Part shown: positions 23,469 through 24,000 of the stretch, in pieces
Layout of the letters: each line of letters opens with the position of its first letter
Position numbering within the stretch: position 1 is the stretch's first letter
DNA from: Crenobacter cavernae
GTDB lineage: Bacteria > Pseudomonadota > Gammaproteobacteria > Burkholderiales > Chromobacteriaceae
Reading direction: 5' to 3'
Length of the DNA: 24,000 nt
Assembly (NCBI RefSeq): GCF_003355495.1
Contig: NZ_CP031337.1
Span: 1,576,875 to 1,600,874 of the forward strand
The notes under the pieces: model-generated
Seen by the model: only the letters and a program-made list of their open reading frames with translations
What the model was told of the DNA's origin: nothing
Databases searched by the model: none
Translations under genes and position numbers: made by a program

Positions 23469-24000
23469 GCGCGGCCCCGATCTGCTCGCGCGCCGCTTCG
23501 CTCAGTGCGAAGCGGCTGTCGAACGCCGTCGCCGGCAGCGGCGTGCCAAACGACAGTTCGACCGTCATCGACGGTTCGGCGAGGATGTTGGCGATACAGG
23601 TCCACAGGCTGGTGTCGCCGGCGTAGGCCGGCGCGGTCGTCAGTTCGCCGTTCGCGTCGAGGTAGCGTAGCGCCACCGGTTGCACCATGCCGCGGGACAA
23701 TATGGCCGACTCGAACAGCGACGCCTTGAACGGCAACAGCACGGTGCCGTCCGACGTCGTCGACTCCGGGAACACCGCCATGCAGCCGCCGTTCTCGAGC
23801 GCGCGCGCCAGTTGTTCGTTGATGCGGCTCGCGTCGCGACGCTTGCTGCGGTCGATGAACAGCGTGCCGGCGTTCTTCACCAGCCAGCCGGCGATCGGCC
23901 AGGAGAGGATCTCGCGCTTGGCGACGAAGCGCGACACGGTGACGCTGTTCAGCGCGAAGATGTCGAGCCACGACACGTGGTTGGCGACCAAGAGCGTGTT
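23398..24000 (-). CDS. Lysophospholipid (1-acyl-sn-glycerol-3-phosphate) acyltransferase family protein, partial (5' end outside the window)
   Basis: Acyltransferase motif I VANHVSWLDI (NHxxxxD), motif III FPESTTSDG, and LPFKASLFE. The frame stays open to the window edge (..NTLLVANH). The 3' end overlaps apaH convergently by 71 nt. Confidence 0.85.
   Translation of the reverse strand, partial: NTLLVANHVSWLDIFALNSVTVSRFVAKREILSWPIAGWLVKNAGTLFIDRSKRRDASRINEQLARALENGGCMAVFPESTTSDGTVLLPFKASLFESAILSRGMVQPVALRYLDANGELTTAPAYAGDTSLWTCIANILAEPSMTVELSFGTPLPATAFDSRFALSEAAREQIGAALTRSSDLPGTAERTPEDLRAEAR

Noticed and set aside
21911-23626. 571-aa plus-strand ORF
   Set aside because: It runs antisense through rep and out of frame through apaH. 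The translation is low-complexity and Arg-rich.
1-24000. CRISPR array, rRNA, or a Cas operon associated with IscB
   Set aside because: No repeat-spacer periodicity is present. The only short repeats occur in 2-3 copies (att, arm 12-mers, 8-mers, the 17-mer). No cas-like ORFs are present.

Overview
High-GC, betaproteobacterium-like chromosomal window in three parts. (1) 1-8.9 kb is host core. It holds a tightly coupled recC(partial)-recB-[157-aa collapsed PPK2/PAP-like ORF]-recD operon, a Nudix hydrolase, an orphan terminator preceded by a CU-rich tract, and a small hypothetical ORF. (2) 8930-19455 is a ~10.5 kb integrative island inserted in the 3' end of tRNA-Arg(CCG). It is bounded by a 47-nt direct repeat of the tRNA 3' half, and the same tandem 12-mer pair sits just inside each end. 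The island carries a P4-type tyrosine integrase, a hypothetical gene, AlpA, a winged-HTH protein and an HUH rolling-circle Rep. It also carries a decayed DUF927 helicase (frameshifts, P-loop deletion, both ends truncated), a deletion scar leaving a 44-codon DUF262 stub translationally coupled to a DUF932-like gene, and an IS481 transposase stub. The most notable cargo is a complete 444-aa IscB (OMEGA-type RNA-guided RuvC/HNH nuclease). It is preceded by ~280 nt of highly structured non-coding sequence (candidate omega RNA), is flanked by similar subterminal hairpins, and has no TnpA. (3) 19.5-24 kb is host core again: membrane-anchored dihaem cytochrome c5, Rep helicase, ApaH and a partial PlsC-family acyltransferase. 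No CRISPR array or rRNA was seen. Many long ORFs in the six-frame track are antisense or out-of-frame artefacts of the high GC content.
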